Position numbers and translations under genes: made by a program. This document shows, piece by piece, positions 25,755-40,584 of a stretch of 59,197 nt of DNA; within the stretch, counting starts at the first letter, position 1; every line of letters begins with the position of its first letter. Source of the stretch: Catajapyx aquilonaris (lineage: Eukaryota); assembly GCA_000934665.2 (NCBI GenBank), contig KZ538946.1, positions 1 to 59,197 on the forward strand, given 5' to 3'. The notes beneath the pieces were generated by a model. It saw only the letters and a list, made by a program, of their open reading frames with translations, was not told the DNA's origin and made no database searches.

Positions 25755-28700
25755 CTGGTTATGAAATATGACCCGATTGCCTGTTGGGTGAGAAGTTACA
25801 ATTCGTGAATATCTTGTGCTAGGCGTGGTCCCATTTCTCAAGACGCCAAAATTGCATACACAGCTTTTGCTTTTTAATGATCATATAAAAAAAATTGTGG
25901 GCCCCGGGGCCGTTCGCCCGCCCTTCTTTAACGCCCCGACAACTCCAGCAATGTGGCCTATTGTTTCGCTTCGGCTGGGCAGTGATGGATTGAGCAGTTT
26001 TCGCTAATTAACAAGGCGGAGGCTTGACCCCGGATGACCTTGGAGGGTGCCTTCATGCTCTCAGCATACCTAAGCATGTTTCGGAAGAAACAACTTTTAG
26101 GGATCCGCAAAAAAAAAAAAAAAAATGTAGGGTTCGCCAATTGGAACGGGGCCGGCTCAAAAAAAAATTTGGCCGAATTTTTTTTTGCACGCAGATTGCT
26201 TTTGGTTCATAGTTGGTTTCGGCGTGATTGCAGTTTGGGATTACCTGTCCTAGCTTTTACCAACAACAAAAAGAGAGTCACTCCCGGAAATCCCAAAGCT
26301 ATGCTGCGAATATTCTTAACCTGTTCCCTCTGAAGAAGGTGAAGGCGCGAAGTCTGTCCGGCTACTGACCTTGGCTCCGATGCCGAGTTTTGGCACGTGC
26401 GATGTTGCCATTTTGGCGAAAACTGGGGACTGATATTGTCCCTCGCAATTTTTTTTTGCGCAAAAGTGCTGGGGATGAACACCCTCTGTGTAATATGATT
26501 TATTGCTGTGGGTAGTATATTATTTAAAAAAATGAAAGTGTGGGTACATGACCTGGGATTTGACCTGTGACGTCATGTAACGGGGGTACCCACATGCAGA
26601 GACGGGTTTTTGTGGTGTCCCGGCAGGGGTGCCATGCCTTGGATTGCACCGGAGCAAAGAATGTCGCTTGTCCTGATGGCCAAGGGTCATCGGCCCTTTT
26701 TCCTCATCTTACTTGGAGCGAAAGAGTTTCCGTCTCGCGGAAAATTATTTTTTTTCGGGGGGGGGGAGCGAAACTCGTTCGTTAATTTACAGTCCCATGC
26801 AAAGAAAAAAACAACTATAGCGAAGGCCGCCCAATTTTGAGCGCCCAGCAATTGTTCAAAAGTACGCCTCCTTTTTTTCCCCGGGGGAGGTGTTGCATCG
26901 GTACAAGTTCATCACCCATTGCCTAACTGTGAACTGCCCACCGATATTGGGGCTTGGAAAAGGTCGGGTTACATCAATGTTTACGTACAATTTTTTTTTT
27001 TAAAAGAAAAATGATGCAAAGTAGTATCCGGATGAGGCTGACCACTCGGTGTAAATTGCTGAATGTGGAGGTCAACTACTCTACGAGTGCCCTTCGCAGA
27101 AAAAGCCACCTTAGTGCTTGGATGTTTTGGCGCTGAAAAAAATGACGTCATCTGCCAGAGAGATTTGCTTCCTGGTTATATCCACACACAAGTCCGCGCC
27201 TGGTTCTTTATGGGTTTTGTTGTGTATTTATTTCCCAGCCTGATTGCTCCTCACTTGGAGTTTCAGCTCACGTGCTCTTCCCATGTCGACCAATTAGGAA
27301 GGGGGCGGCTCTGCGCCCTCCTATAGGGAGTGGGGGTGCCAAGATGTGGAGGGGGGTGCCAAGCCCCTTTGGTTCCCACAGGTTTTCACACCTTGCTATT
27401 GTGATGCACCGAGTTCACACTACGGGTGAATTTTGCGGATTGTTGCCGCCAACACATCAGTCGCAGAAACGCTATACGAGACTCATCACCAACGTGCATG
27501 TAGTACTGCTTTTCACCGAGAGCGGCAGTAGTATGCAAATGCACCAACCGCACATACGCGCAAGTCCGTTGTTCCGACAACAACGTTGCCATAGTTTACT
27601 TCTCAGGGACTCTCGGAGCATTGGAAACAATCGCAAAAGTTGTAACCCCTTCAAGAGTAGTGTTGGAAACAAATCTGCGCGAACTGTATTGCGCACTCGG
27701 TTGCGCTCCTTTTTTAAAAAATAATAATAAAATAAATCGTATATGGTGACGAGTGTGCATAAAAAGTTGGGCATAAATTTGACGCCATTTTGTTGGGTGA
27801 CGCGTGTTGGGATTTGAATCATTGCATTACGGGCCTCTGATCTAATTTGGCCAGATGTTGGACAAAGGAAGGGGGGGTAATCAGCCGCAGTCATGCGATT
27901 TCTTAACACGTCTTCTCCTCCCCTCCCTCCCCAAGCCCCCCCTTTCGTCATTGGAGAGGAATTTTGTTTGTGTCGCCCCCGTTGGATTATCGTGACTTAT
28001 CTGTTTTGCACAGGCCGTACAACACGTGCGCATCACAACCTGCTGGGGAAGTGTGACGAGGCAACAAGACGCGCAATACTGGACACATTTTTTGTGTGCA
28101 ACGATCCATAAGGCTGGTCACTATGAACGTAGTGCCATGTCTCTCACATAGATGACGTTCAACGCGGACAAGTAGTCACAGACGCAATGTACGAGGGGTG
28201 ACGGCTCGGGGCAGTTCAGAGATGGGTATACGACGCCATAGTGCATCTCGCCGTGGCAAAGCCACAATAACGTTCGTTGGCCCGCGGCGCCACAATTAGT
28301 ACAGTAATTTTTTGCGGTTACATAGCTCACAATAAGCGCCCAGCTCCACAATTATCACCCCAGTGGACGTTCGTCGCGTAGTAAAGATCAGCCGATACTT
28401 TGTTATAATCCGCGGGCGTATTGGCACACCTGGTTTTTGGGTGTGAATCTCGGCAAGGTTGGCAGTGCGGAATGAACCCATCCTTTCTCTCTGGCTGGTA
28501 ACATTACTGGTTCTCGTCCAGATAGCTAGCTGGTAATGCTTCCTCAGCCGGCTCACCTTGCTGGCCGGCAGCCCCCTCGGGCCAACTTTGCTTGGGAGGG
28601 GAGGACAACATCTTACGAGAGGAGGAGGAGGAGGGATGGAGGAGGAGCATGTCACGACTTGCAGGCTAGCTTAGTGAGGGTCACTCCCAAAGCAACCAAC

Positions 28701-29824
28701 CAAAAGGAATGTTTAGGAATGCTGCAAGCACCAAGACTGTTTTTTTTCCATACTGTACTTTAGGGAGGCCTGGAAAATGAGGATAATCAATTGGGGTCAG
28801 AGGTCACGGGCGGATCCCCTTTCGGAATTTGCAGAATGTTGTCCTCTGCCCCGTTTACGACCGCTTTGGCCCATTTTTGCAACCCAAAGGCGTTGCCCCG
28901 TGCCCGCAGATTTATTGCCGTGTAATACGAGGGTTTGAAACGAAAAGTGCAACCCCGGACACTCACCTGTTCGGACACGGGAACTAGACCAGATAAGAAA
29001 TGATTTTTGGTTCCTTTTTATAGTAAGCTTTTTGTCCTGTGGGAATAAGCCAGGTTATTAGTCGGGTTCTGGAGATTGAGTCCCCCAGGACTTTTTTCTG
29101 GGAACCGGGGCCTTTGGCGGCGGGGGATCTGAGATGGGGAGAGGGGGCCCCCCAAATTTTTTTATTGGGGACGAACCCGGCATTAAAGTGAAAACTTCTA
29201 GGAGGGGTGGCCTCTTTTGTGAAAAGCCGGTTGTAATGCACTCGTTGTGTGGTACCGGGAACACGTGAGAGACCCCACAGGTGGTGGCCCGGACTAAGTA
29301 CTGGTGTCGCCACCAGTCGAGGCAGCAAAGGAGCGAATGGCTGTGAGGCATGAGTGAGAAGGCATCTGATAACCCTCTCTGGTCGGCATGGGTGTAATGG
29401 AAGGGCCGGAGCTGGCTGCTTCCTGTAGGGGGCTACCGATAGGACTCCCCGATAGGGACCCGGGGCGTGTCGAGGGGCCAAACAGAAAATAATGCGGGCC
29501 CACATCCCCGTGACCTCCCCCGACTGACCCCGGTCACTGACTCCAGGAAAGCGTAAATCAAAAAAAGGGGGGTGCTCTTTGCTTGGGTGCACCCATGGTC
29601 AAAAAATGGCCAGTTGCGTCACAGAAGATGCCTAATTCATGAAGTTACCCCGCCTAAAGAGGGACGGCCCCCCCTAGGCTGAGAGAGAAGAATGAGGAGG
29701 TATCGACCTACATCCACTCATCTCTTGGATAAGCACTTCCGCTCCCACCCCTCCGATTTGCCCAAAAGTGTTTCGGACGTCGCCAGCAATCATTGCGATC
29801 ATCACCAGAGCACTACAGGCCCCA

Positions 29825-30375
29825 TACTGAGCGCACAGGCCATTAATATGCTCACTACAGGGCGTGTTGGCCCGGTAGTGAGCATTCATGTTTCCAACAG
29901 GCCCGGTAGTGAGCATACTGGCTATTAACAGGCCCTGTAGTGAGCATATGTGTTCCTAACGGGCCCTGCAGTGAGCACATGGGCCGGTAGTGAGCATTCA
30001 TGTTCCCAACAGGCCCGGTAGTGAGCATACTGGTTATTAACAGCCCCTGTAATGAGAAACGGCCTGGTAGTGACCATATATGTTCTTAACGGGCCCTGCA
30101 GTGAGCATATGGACCTGTAGTGAGCATTCATGTTCACAACAGGCCCGACAGTGAGCATAGTAGCCCGGTAGTGAGCGTAAAAGTATGGACCTGTAGTGAG
30201 CATTCATGTTCACAACAGGCCCGGCAGTGAGCATAGTAGCCCGGTAGTGAGCGTAAAAGTTCTTAACAGGCCTTGTAGTGAGCATAGTGGACCGGTAATG
30301 AGCATACATGTTATTAACTGGCCCTGCAGTGTGAATAGTGGGGCGGGTAGTGAGCATAGTGGCCGTGTAGTGAGG
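29825..30375. repeat. Degenerate minisatellite built on ggccc(t/g)gtagtgagcat
   Basis: Roughly twenty recurrences of (gt)agtgagca at variable spacing. Confidence 0.9.
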
Positions 30376-31479
30376 TGTAGGGTTGGAAATGGGGCTAAGG
30401 GCCAGGTGTCTAGGGTGATGGATGTGTGTTCAGGTGTCAACCGCTGCCTGGCTGCCCTTGTAACCCGATTTTCTAGTAGTCACCCAGCCCCTGGCTCCAC
30501 CTGCACCCTACCCCCTCTTTTTTTCCAACAGGTGCGCGATCCAGTTGACCTCCACCTGCCCAGAGGTCACCTCGCTCCGGAATTTTGTCACCTGTTTTTT
30601 TGTGTGTGCGGGCCGTGGCGTCACGGGGCTCTCATTTCCCCGCATTTTGAGCCTCCCCTAGTCTTTGTTTGGAAAAGCGGGGAGCAAACCTCTCCCCCCC
30701 TTTACTTTTTTATTTTTCTGCGCTCCCCTTCCCTCCCTCCCCCCTTTTTTCACCCTCCCCACCCCACTCAGCGGGCGAAGAGATTTTGCCACGCTCAGTT
30801 TCAGATTTGATTTAGGAGCTGGGTTGGGCTTGAGGGGTTGGAGAAAAAGAAAAAGAAAAGAAGGGGGGGGACGGCTGTGCGGCCAGGACTAGAGATACGC
30901 ACGCAACATCATTCACACTCTAGTTTTTCCCGGGTGAGGACCCTTCCAACGCATCGGAATCCGGTTGCGATAAAAACTCCGTGGCCAAAAACACATCCGA
31001 TGACATGCCTTGCCAATTCGCACTAGTCTGACAGCATCGTTAAGTTCCCAGTGTCCACATGTGTGGTCTCCTCAAATTTAAGCATTGGGGACGCTACCGG
31101 GCTATATTTCCAAGCCTGTCCGGTGTTACCCTCTCCCAAGTTCCTTCTCCTTCGTCCTTCTCTCTCTTTCTTTTTTCTTTTTTTTTATTCTCTGTCGGCG
31201 ACGAGAGAGTTTACGGCCGTGCTAACTGCGAGCGATGAAGCTGCCGGCGCCCCAAGTCAAAAGCGGGTTGCTGCTTTTGGGGGTCCCAACAACTACTATA
31301 AGAGAGGGCAAGGGGTGGGGTGGTGGGGGACTCAACTGTATACAAGAGAGTCCAACGATCGTCGCTTCGGGAATAATGGGACGGATAAATCCAATGTTTC
31401 TCCGGGATTGGACCACCAGTCACACGTGCAATTGGGGGGAGAAATGGGACGGTCAAAGGGCCCACCAAACTCGCTTCCA

Positions 31480-32370
31480 GTCAAATAACTACTGTGAAGC
31501 GAAAAGAACTGCTAACAAGTTAAAAGTAACCGTTACTAGATCAATAACTGCTAGTTATAACATACCGTAACTGCTACTGTACAACTTAATCGCCAACCGT
31601 TATAAGAGCAATAACTGCTACTGTACAAATTGGCTGCCGTTAGTAGAGCAAGAACTGCAACGGCGTGTAAGCTGCTACTTGGCAAAAATACCCGATAGCA
31701 TACGTTAAGGTAACCGTTACGACAGCAATAACTGTTTCTGAGAGTATTGCTGCTGCTTAGCAAAATAACTGGTGACAAATTAAAATAACGGTAATCGCAC
31801 GAACAACTATTACATAACTGCTGCTGTACAAAATTAATTCATAACCAGATCAAATAACTTGTTAGATCAATAGCCGCTACTGGATGGCTGTTAGCAAATA
31901 ATAACTAATGATATATAAATAATTAAGAAATAGATTGCAAAGAATATAATATACGTAACTAATAAAATGCAAATCTGATAATAAAATTATAACTAAGAAC
32001 AACAATAGCAAGTTAAAATAACCGTTATTACATCAATAACTCCTACTGCTTGTATAACTGTTAGCAATAATAACCAATAATACTTGCATATCACTAATGA
32101 ATAATACAACTAATGATAAATTAATAAATGTTACAAAGAATAAATACGTTACTAATAAAATGCATAATTGATAAAATAACTACTTATAAAATGCATAATT
32201 GATGAAATAACTGCTGATAAAATACATAATTGCTAATAAAATGATATAACTAATAAAATTACTGCGAATAAAATGATGTAACTAATAATATAACAATGGC
32301 GAGTTAAATAGCCTTTTATTAGATCAGTAACTGCTACTGTTAACACCCAAAAATACAATACTTAAATAAC
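31480..32370. repeat. AT-rich low-complexity region (aataactgct / actaataa)
   Basis: Very A/T-rich with recurrent taactg motifs. Confidence 0.7.
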
Positions 32371-34779
32371 AATTAGCGGAAAAACTGCTACGCGGTGGTT
32401 TTTATTGAGTGCTACGCTACTAAGGACCCAGGCGGCGTTGCCGTGTAAACGAGGCGCGGAGAATGAAGTGTGCCAGTTGGCGCCGGGCCGTTCCATTTCG
32501 CGCCCGTTTGGTGGCCCAGAATGCCCAGTGTATAGATGCGTATCTGTGGCTGTGGATGAAGAGTGCAAAAGCCAACAAGGCTTGAGACGAAGGGTCTCCC
32601 TCCCTCCCTGGGTGGTGTGTGATGTGCGCAGGCTGTACTGGCGTGTGAACAGTAGCCGGAGCGTGGCTGTGGCTGGATGTAAGACAACAAGTAGTATAAA
32701 AGAGCCAAGGGCTGTTCGCACTGCCGGCAACCAACCGTGCTAATAGAAGGTGCGGTAGGGCACCGTGACCCTGTGTGTATGTCACGGCTGGGAATTCCTG
32801 CCCAATCAGCGCCTTATTTTTGCCACCCAGACAACACTAATTAGTTCGCCGAAAATGTGTGACGACCAGCAGGGGTTCAAATCCGCGATGGGTGCACAGT
32901 AATTATGGCACAACTAAATGAAAGGTCAGGTCCTTGGAAAGAAAGGGCAAGAAATATAATTTGCACTCCCTGGGTTGGTGTCGTCTGTATGGCTTTTAGG
33001 TGACCGCACCAGGACTATCCGTCTCGTGGCCATGCCAGGCACGGTACATCGCATTGCGAGCGTGATGTTGTGTACAGGCCAACGAACGTTATTGTGGCTT
33101 TGCCATGGACACCCATTGCTATTTTTTTACCTAAATTAATTCGGCGTTTTTGCTATACGTACGACCCGGACTTTCCCGGATTAACCCCATCGGACTACCA
33201 TAACAAGTGAATAAGCCGCTCGAGTGGGGCGACCTGTTAAACCGGACCGGTTTGCAGGTCAGGTGTCAACCTTTTGAGCAAATATCTCTTCCCCCCAGTT
33301 GCAGAAAAAAGTTCCTTCTTCCTTCCATCCAGGAGATGTCCATCGGGATAGATCGTCACGTATTCCAGACTGCCGGGGTTGTTTCAGAAGGAAGCTCGGG
33401 GAGTCGCGGTTTGGCCCAGCTCCAGCTATGAGTAATTGGGTTTTCATTCCGGCAGCGTTTTCCCGCCAAACTTGTGAGGGCACTCTCCAATTGACCAATG
33501 GTCAGTTAGATGGAGGGCAAACAAACCAGCTGACCACACCTGGAAACATGTTCATCTCCACCCAGGAATAATGACGGGAATAACCTAACCTAACAATTCG
33601 GTAGCTCGCTGCAGAGATTTGTTGATAGTATTTTCTAACTGTCCGTTATTTGTAGGATCCGATGTTAGCGCCATCTTTACGAATCTGGCCAGGGTTGTTC
33701 CCGGGGGGGCAACAGCAGAAAAAAAAAAATGATACGAATTAATCCGAAAGAGCGCAGTACCCGTGCGCTGCATAGATAAGGCCAGACTGTTATTAAAAGG
33801 TGGGGGAGGGAGGAGGACACACCAAGAGGAGGAGGGATTGGTAATTAATCCGATTAAAGGGGGGGGAAAGGGGGGGGCGCGTGGCAACATTGGGCCATTT
33901 CACCGCTAACGACTTGTTGCCAAAAGTGACACATCTCTTTCCCCTCCTTTCAAAAAATTTGCCCATTTCGACTTGTGGCTACGCCCCTGAGTAAACCCCC
34001 CCACAAACCAAAGGGCCCTTTTTGAGAGGGGGGGGGGAGAGCCCCCCTTAACCCCCTCTCTCTTATCCACCATACATCATAGGCCTGTCCTAACCAGGCA
34101 CTGGTTAAGGGGGTGGATGGAGAGAAGGGGGATGACCCCTGTGACCTCTCCCCCCCTCCAAAAAAACTCCAGTTTGGCCCCTTGGCAATCGATTCGGAAG
34201 TTCTCGCCCCCCTCTCCCTCCGCCCCCCATCCATAACTGGAAGGGGGGGCGAAAAAATTAAGAAGGGCAGCTTTTGTAGCTTAGGTCAGAAAGGTTTTGG
34301 TTTAAGCCGCCTTTGCCCTTAATGAAAGTAGGAAGGGGGAGGGGGTGGGATGGGGGAGGGGGAAAAGAAGAAGTCAATCTCCCAGTATTTGGGCACAAAA
34401 CCCATTTTGAAAAGCGGTATCTTGGCAGTGGGGACGCGTTGGAGAAAGAAAAAAAAACTGAGACAAAATATCCCCTGCCAGTTTTTGTGCGGTTTCATCA
34501 AGGAGGCTGTGGGAGGGTGGGAGGGAGGGGGGAAGGAGGAGGAGGCGTTGTCTCGGCAGTGCCGCCACTGGAAGGTAATTAATGCCTGGTAATCACAGCC
34601 CCAGCGCCGCCGGCAGACGCCAAAGACTTGGGACCATTTCCAATTCAGACTGCCGCTTAACCTCGGGGGCTTCAGACCAAAAAAAAATTTGCTTATTTTT
34701 TATCCAGAAAAAGGGTCAGTACCACCTGAACTCGGCCCAATACAACAATTATTGAAAATACATGTCGCCCCTTGCAGAG

Positions 34780-35500
34780 TAACACGCCAGAAAAATGAGC
34801 GCCCCTCGTATACTGAGATCGTTCAAAATCAGCATAACAGCAGCTTACTTGTAGCCAGCCGCCTCTGAAAAGTAGCAGTTACGGCTGTGCCACTATTTAG
34901 TTATTGCAACTTAGCTGCTACTATATATATCAGCTACTACTTAGCTGTTATAACTCGTTAGCTGCTACTATATGTCATCTACTACTTAGCTGTTATAACT
35001 CGTTAGCTGCTACTATATATCGGCTACTACTTAGCTGTTATCACTCGTTAGCTGCTACTATGTATCGGCTACTACTTAGCTGTTATAACTCGTTAGCTGC
35101 TACTATATATCGGCTACTACTTAGCTGTTATAACTCGTTAGCTGCTACTGGAGCTAAAACCTAGCTGTTGCTACTTAGCTGTTATAACTATAAGTTAGCT
35201 GTTATAGCTTACTCGTTAGCTCCTACTACAGCTGTTATGGTTTTCTCTATCCCTTTTTGGAGACGGTATAACTAGCTGCTACTACTGAAGCTGTTATAGC
35301 TTACTCGTTAGCTGCTACTGCTACTTACCTGTTATGTCTAAGTTAGCTGTTATAACTGACCCCAGCTTAATACTAGAGCTGTTATGAGAGCTGCTTCTAC
35401 TTAGCTGTTATAACTAACCTAGCTGTTATGACTAACCTAGCTGCTTTACCTTAGCTGCTACTGCAGTTTGTTATAACCCAGCTGCTACAACTTATAGTTG
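34780..35500. repeat. Repeat with a 45-bp tandem core (ctactacttagctgttataactcgttagctgctactatatatcgg)
   Basis: Five 45-bp units from 34934, then a degenerate tail. Leader shared with 40585-40700. Confidence 0.9.
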
Positions 35501-38149
35501 TGCTACCCTGTAAGGTTGCGTCCGGGGGTCATCACCTGGAGAATTTTTCCCGTGTGTATTTCCCGGCCTGGATGGGTCCTAATCGAGCGTGTGAACCCCC
35601 GGAGCGCAAGGCAAAAAGGCCATCTCAGGAGATTGATGATGGACCTTCCCTCCTCCTCCTCCCCCGTTCCCCTGGACCAAAGGCTGAGCTGTGTTTACCT
35701 GCCCAAGATTTGTCAGTGTCAGGCCCAACTGGTCAGGAATTTAAGGGGCGCTCAAACTACAGGGTGATCTGTAAGAGGGTTTAAAAAAATAATGTACAAA
35801 GCGGCCGGGTACTGGTCATTCACGGCATTTACATTGTCTTATATGGGAAGGGATCGATAGCCCCTCGAGGGGATCGTCCCCCAGGATGACATTTTGTGAC
35901 ATTTCGGAATGTCACGCTCTATTCTCACATTGAAGGAAGCTTGTCAGCTTGTTGTCACAGGGTGTGCCGAAAGGGATCATCTCTCGGAATGGACATGCCC
36001 GATTATTTCCAGGGTTGCCAATAATTCCTGCCGAACCCATACAAAAGGCATGGAGAGAAGAAGAAGAAAAAAAAAAGTAGGAATGAAGGAAGGAAACATG
36101 GCCCACCTCCCCCTTTTCCTCGTGCCTTTTGGGGGCAAATGGCGCGGAAAGAAGGCGATGTCTGGGGTGGGGGTGTGTGGGGGGGTTATATAGCCTAGAA
36201 AAAGGGGGCGGCCCCGGAGATGGAAGCGGAAAATAAATCCTGATTTGGTCGCCGCAGGGGGGACCGCAGGGGTTGGGGATAAATGACAGCAAAGAGGACG
36301 TGCAAGTTGGGGTGCCCCCTATATGAACCTCCCTTCCAAAAAAAATTTATATATTATAAGAGAGAGAAAATGTGAACTTCCGTCTTCTTGGTCCCAATCG
36401 CGGAACTGATTATTTGGGGAGGGCTTTAATGGGAATCTAATTGGGGAACCACTTGTTGGAATCGGGCGGGCCACCTGGGCATGTCCCGGTGCAGAGAATA
36501 AGCTGGAGGGCATAAAGGGACGCTGACCTCTCGCAGGCAGTTCAAGTACCGCACAAAACGGTCAGCGCTACTCTTATCGTGATTTTTGACAGCAGCGCCT
36601 ATTGGCAACCTTGATGTCAAACACGAGCGACAGTCCGGCCCCCCCTCTTTCCAGTTAATTGTGTTTCCCATCCGAAATCTAGTGACCTTTCATGCGATCC
36701 CCTCCTTTTTTGGGGGGGAGGGGCAATTCAATACACCCCCCATTTTGATTTTCCTGCCCTTCGTCCCCCCCTTTCCCCACATCAAAGCTCCGTCGCCACG
36801 ACTTTCTCATTTGCATTTGGCCGCCGCGTCACCGCAGACGCCATAATCTGAACCCCCGTCGCCAATAAAAAGCTTTTGACAAGGCTGGGTTGCGACGTTG
36901 TCACATGCGCAATTGTGCGTTTTTCCCACTTATCCTTCCCTCTAATATTCGAGATATAATTTTTAGAATTAAAAAAATTTCACGCCCACACACACCAAAA
37001 ATGCAACGTTGTTTCTTAATGCAGTGACTGGTCCGTTCGTCGGTTGGGGGTACGTGAGCTGGGAGACGACGATTCCGGCTCGATATTTGCCACGTTCTTT
37101 GTTGGATTGGGGGAGGGGTTAGGAGGTAAAAGATTACGAAAGTGCAAAATTTTGGGAGGGCGGACCAAAAATTATGGGGATGGCAACAGCTTGTCATTTT
37201 CCATTACAAAAACTGGACGTAAAGCTACAGATAATAGCGGGCGATTTTTTGGCAACGTCGCAAGGGATGACATAATGGAGCAGGCCATGCGACATACTGA
37301 CCTTCAAGGGCGGCCGGGAAAAAAATGTGCCCAAATGTAATTAGGTTCGACCTTTAACAAGCACCCGGATTGTTGCTTCAGTTGTTGTCTAAAGAGAACC
37401 TTCCAGTATAATTGTTGAGGTCGTGCTCTTCCACACCCTCTTGGTCACCCACATGGCGTGACCCCGTCCCATGGTGTCACACTCGACGCGGTTCGTGTCT
37501 TCTGCTACACGCATAGGAATTTCCACCTTTGCATAACACGCTTGCCAAAATCTGCTACTAATTAAGCCAACTCTTGTCGACCTTTTGACCTCCCCGGGTA
37601 CTCGGCCCTCCCATTTAGCCAACTTCTTGTAAGCACGGTCACCATTGTTGCTTGGGAGGGTGGATACCCCTTTTGACACACATTCGCCTTTTGTGTCGCC
37701 AACTTTGTGCAGGTGACCTGTTCGCGGTCGAGGGAAGAGATATTTTAGCTTCTCTCCCCCCTCCCCTCCCTCTCCCTCTCTCTTTTCATAGTATAGCCAT
37801 GGCAGTGCTAGGCCTAAAAAGACGGATCGTCTGAAGCTAACTACCCCGGCGCCACCCCCACCACCCAACCCACCAGCCTATTCATCTTCCTCGGGCCACC
37901 ACTTTACAACGTGGCGGCCCGCGCGGCCCGGGAAAAATGAATCCAACATTTATAATCATTATTTGCACATCGCGTCAGCTTGCCTTGGCAGCAGCAGGGG
38001 GAGGGAGGGGATGCTGGGAGGAGGAAAGAGGGGGGTGGGTGGGCCGGATTGCAAGGGAAGAAGGAGCAGGTCGTGACATGGCCGCAAAGAACAAATGATG
38101 GGCCGGGACAAAAGCCCAAGGGGTCACTCTTTAAGAGGGCCTGACACCC

Positions 38150-38772
38150 TGTCTGGCAACCCTCAAGTCTAATCTGGCAACCTTGTCATTCAATCTGGCA
38201 ACCCTGGGGCTCAATCTGGTAACCCTGGCTACCTTGCCGCTCAACCTGGTAACTATGGCTCAATCTGGCAACTCTTGTAGCCATGTAGCTCAATCTGGTA
38301 ACCTTGTAACCCGACCAGGTAACCCTGCAGTCCTGACAACCTTGCCGCTAACTCTGGCAACTGCGTGGCTCAATCTGGTAACAGTGGCTCAATCTGGCAA
38401 CATTTGCAGCCATGTAGTTCAATCTGGTAACTGTTGCTCAATTTGGTAACCCTGAAGCCCGACCTGCCTACCTTGTATCTGGTAACAGTTGTGCTCCATC
38501 TGGCTACCCTCTCAGCCATGGAAGGATAGAGCTCCATCTGGTAACCTTGTCATTCAATCTGGCAACCCTGTGGCTCAATCTGGCAATCTTGTAACCCGAC
38601 CTGGTAACCCTGCAGTCCTGGCAACTGTGTAGCTCAATCTGGTAACAGTTGCTTAATCTGTCAACATTTGCAGCCATGTAGCTCAATCTGGTAACTGCGT
38701 TGCTCAATCTGGTAACAGTTGGGCTCCATCTGGCTACCATTGCAGACGTGGAGCTCAATCTGGCAACCTTGT
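38150..38772. repeat. Degenerate minisatellite (gctcaatctgg[c/t]aac)
   Basis: Many copies at about 20-25 bp spacing with a higher-order duplication. Confidence 0.9.
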
Positions 38773-40584
38773 TTCCACGCGACAGGAGCGTTCTTCGGGT
38801 GGCGTGCTTCAAGGGGCGAACTACTCCTTGGCGTTTTCTTCGCTTCCGCCGGGCCGTTTGGACAATGGGACACGCCCTTTGTCCAAACCGTGGTTTAAGG
38901 ACATGTTCTTCACCCCGTTTCCTTACGTGTTCACACTGAGGCGGCCACGCAGGCTGAATCCGGACAGTGCAATTCGAGTCTTGAGAGGCTGCTTTGCACA
39001 GGCTAGCAAGACGTCGCAAAAGGCAAAGGCTCCCCTATTGAACTTGTCCCCAGCAAAAGCCACAAATCTCCTTGGACCCGACCCCCCCTCCTCCTCCTCC
39101 ACCTCTCCAAGAAAACAGCCCTCCATTTCTGGCCAGAACCATTGTTTCTGGTCGGCCAACAGTGGTCAAACCCCCCATAGAAAAGCCAAAACCCTACCAA
39201 CTTGAGGACATCCATCAGGAAACTTTCTTAGGTCCCAAAGGGGGTAGACGAAGAGCATTGATCAGGGAAGAGTTGGCACGGAAGGAAGACACACACACAG
39301 TGAAGGAACAGGGGGGGCTGACTCTTGCTTTGACGCTGCCAGACCGTGGACGTCGTCTGCGTCCGAAATGTCACCTCAGCCCTGCCTGTGCCATTTGACT
39401 TACCCTTCGTTTTTTGGCCATGTCCTTTAGGAGGGGGTGGAAAATACCGGAAGAAAACCCTATTAAGAGGTCAATCCAAGACGCGCTCGAGACGCGGCCA
39501 CTGCCTCTTTGGTTGATGAGGTCAAAGCCCCGGGTTTTTGAAGGAACCACCTGAAGCGCGCCTTTCAATTCATTCCTCTGGACGAAGGACCTTAGTGGAA
39601 TGCGATTTTCACGCCTAATGACCTCTTCTTCACTCACTCACTCTCTCTCTGCGGAGAGGCTGCTGGACCAATGCGATGCGTGGCTTAATCGGGTGCAGCA
39701 GGCGGCAGATATGCGGCAATAACAAGGAGTCTGTTGTCGGATCGTGTTCCTTCGCACCAGTGACATCACCGCCGTATGTGTGACCATATGGATCCACTCA
39801 CTAGGCGGAATTTGGCCAAATTTTTTTCTGTTCCTTTTAAGATGGGTAGTGATGATGCAGTGTTGCGACCCTTCCCCCCAAAAAATGGTGGCTTATCAGT
39901 CCGATAATCGATGGCGGATGGTAATTTTTGTGCCATCTTGGCCTGGCACCAACCAAAGTCTCATTGGAATACTATGATGACGACGGTGATGATGATGATG
40001 ATGATGATGATTCAGCCTCCTCCATCCCTTGAGGGGGGGGGGGGGNCATCTGCATAGGCCAACTAACTCTGGTCGTAGCCCCACCAGGGTGCTGTTCGTC
40101 GAGGGGTGACGAATGCGAAAACCGAGCCAGCCAGAGAGAGAGGAGAGAGACCCCCCTCCCCATTTTACCACCCACCCCCAAAAACCCCCCTCCGACACAG
40201 CAGGGCAAGGACTGGGCCCAGACTCTGCTTACAAGCCTCCATTGGCGTAAATCAACCGGGTTTCAAGTGCAGATCTCTTCTCTCTCTCTCTCCACTCCCC
40301 CTCTATATACTCTGCTCTCTCTCTTCAGAAGAAGTGGGTGGGTGGTAAAATGGGGGGTGGCATATAAGGAAACTTCCGTGTGAATTATATGCTCCGGAAG
40401 TGATACCGCTCGCACCTGAGACTAATCGACGACAATATGAGAGGACAATGGCCCATTTTTCCCACCTCCGGTCATTCCGTTGCATTGTCTCCCAAGTATG
40501 AGAATTTTTTAAAAAAACGGGGTCGTGACGGTACACCCTGTACTCGCACGCGTTCCAATATTATAACCCCACCTAAGTACTGTA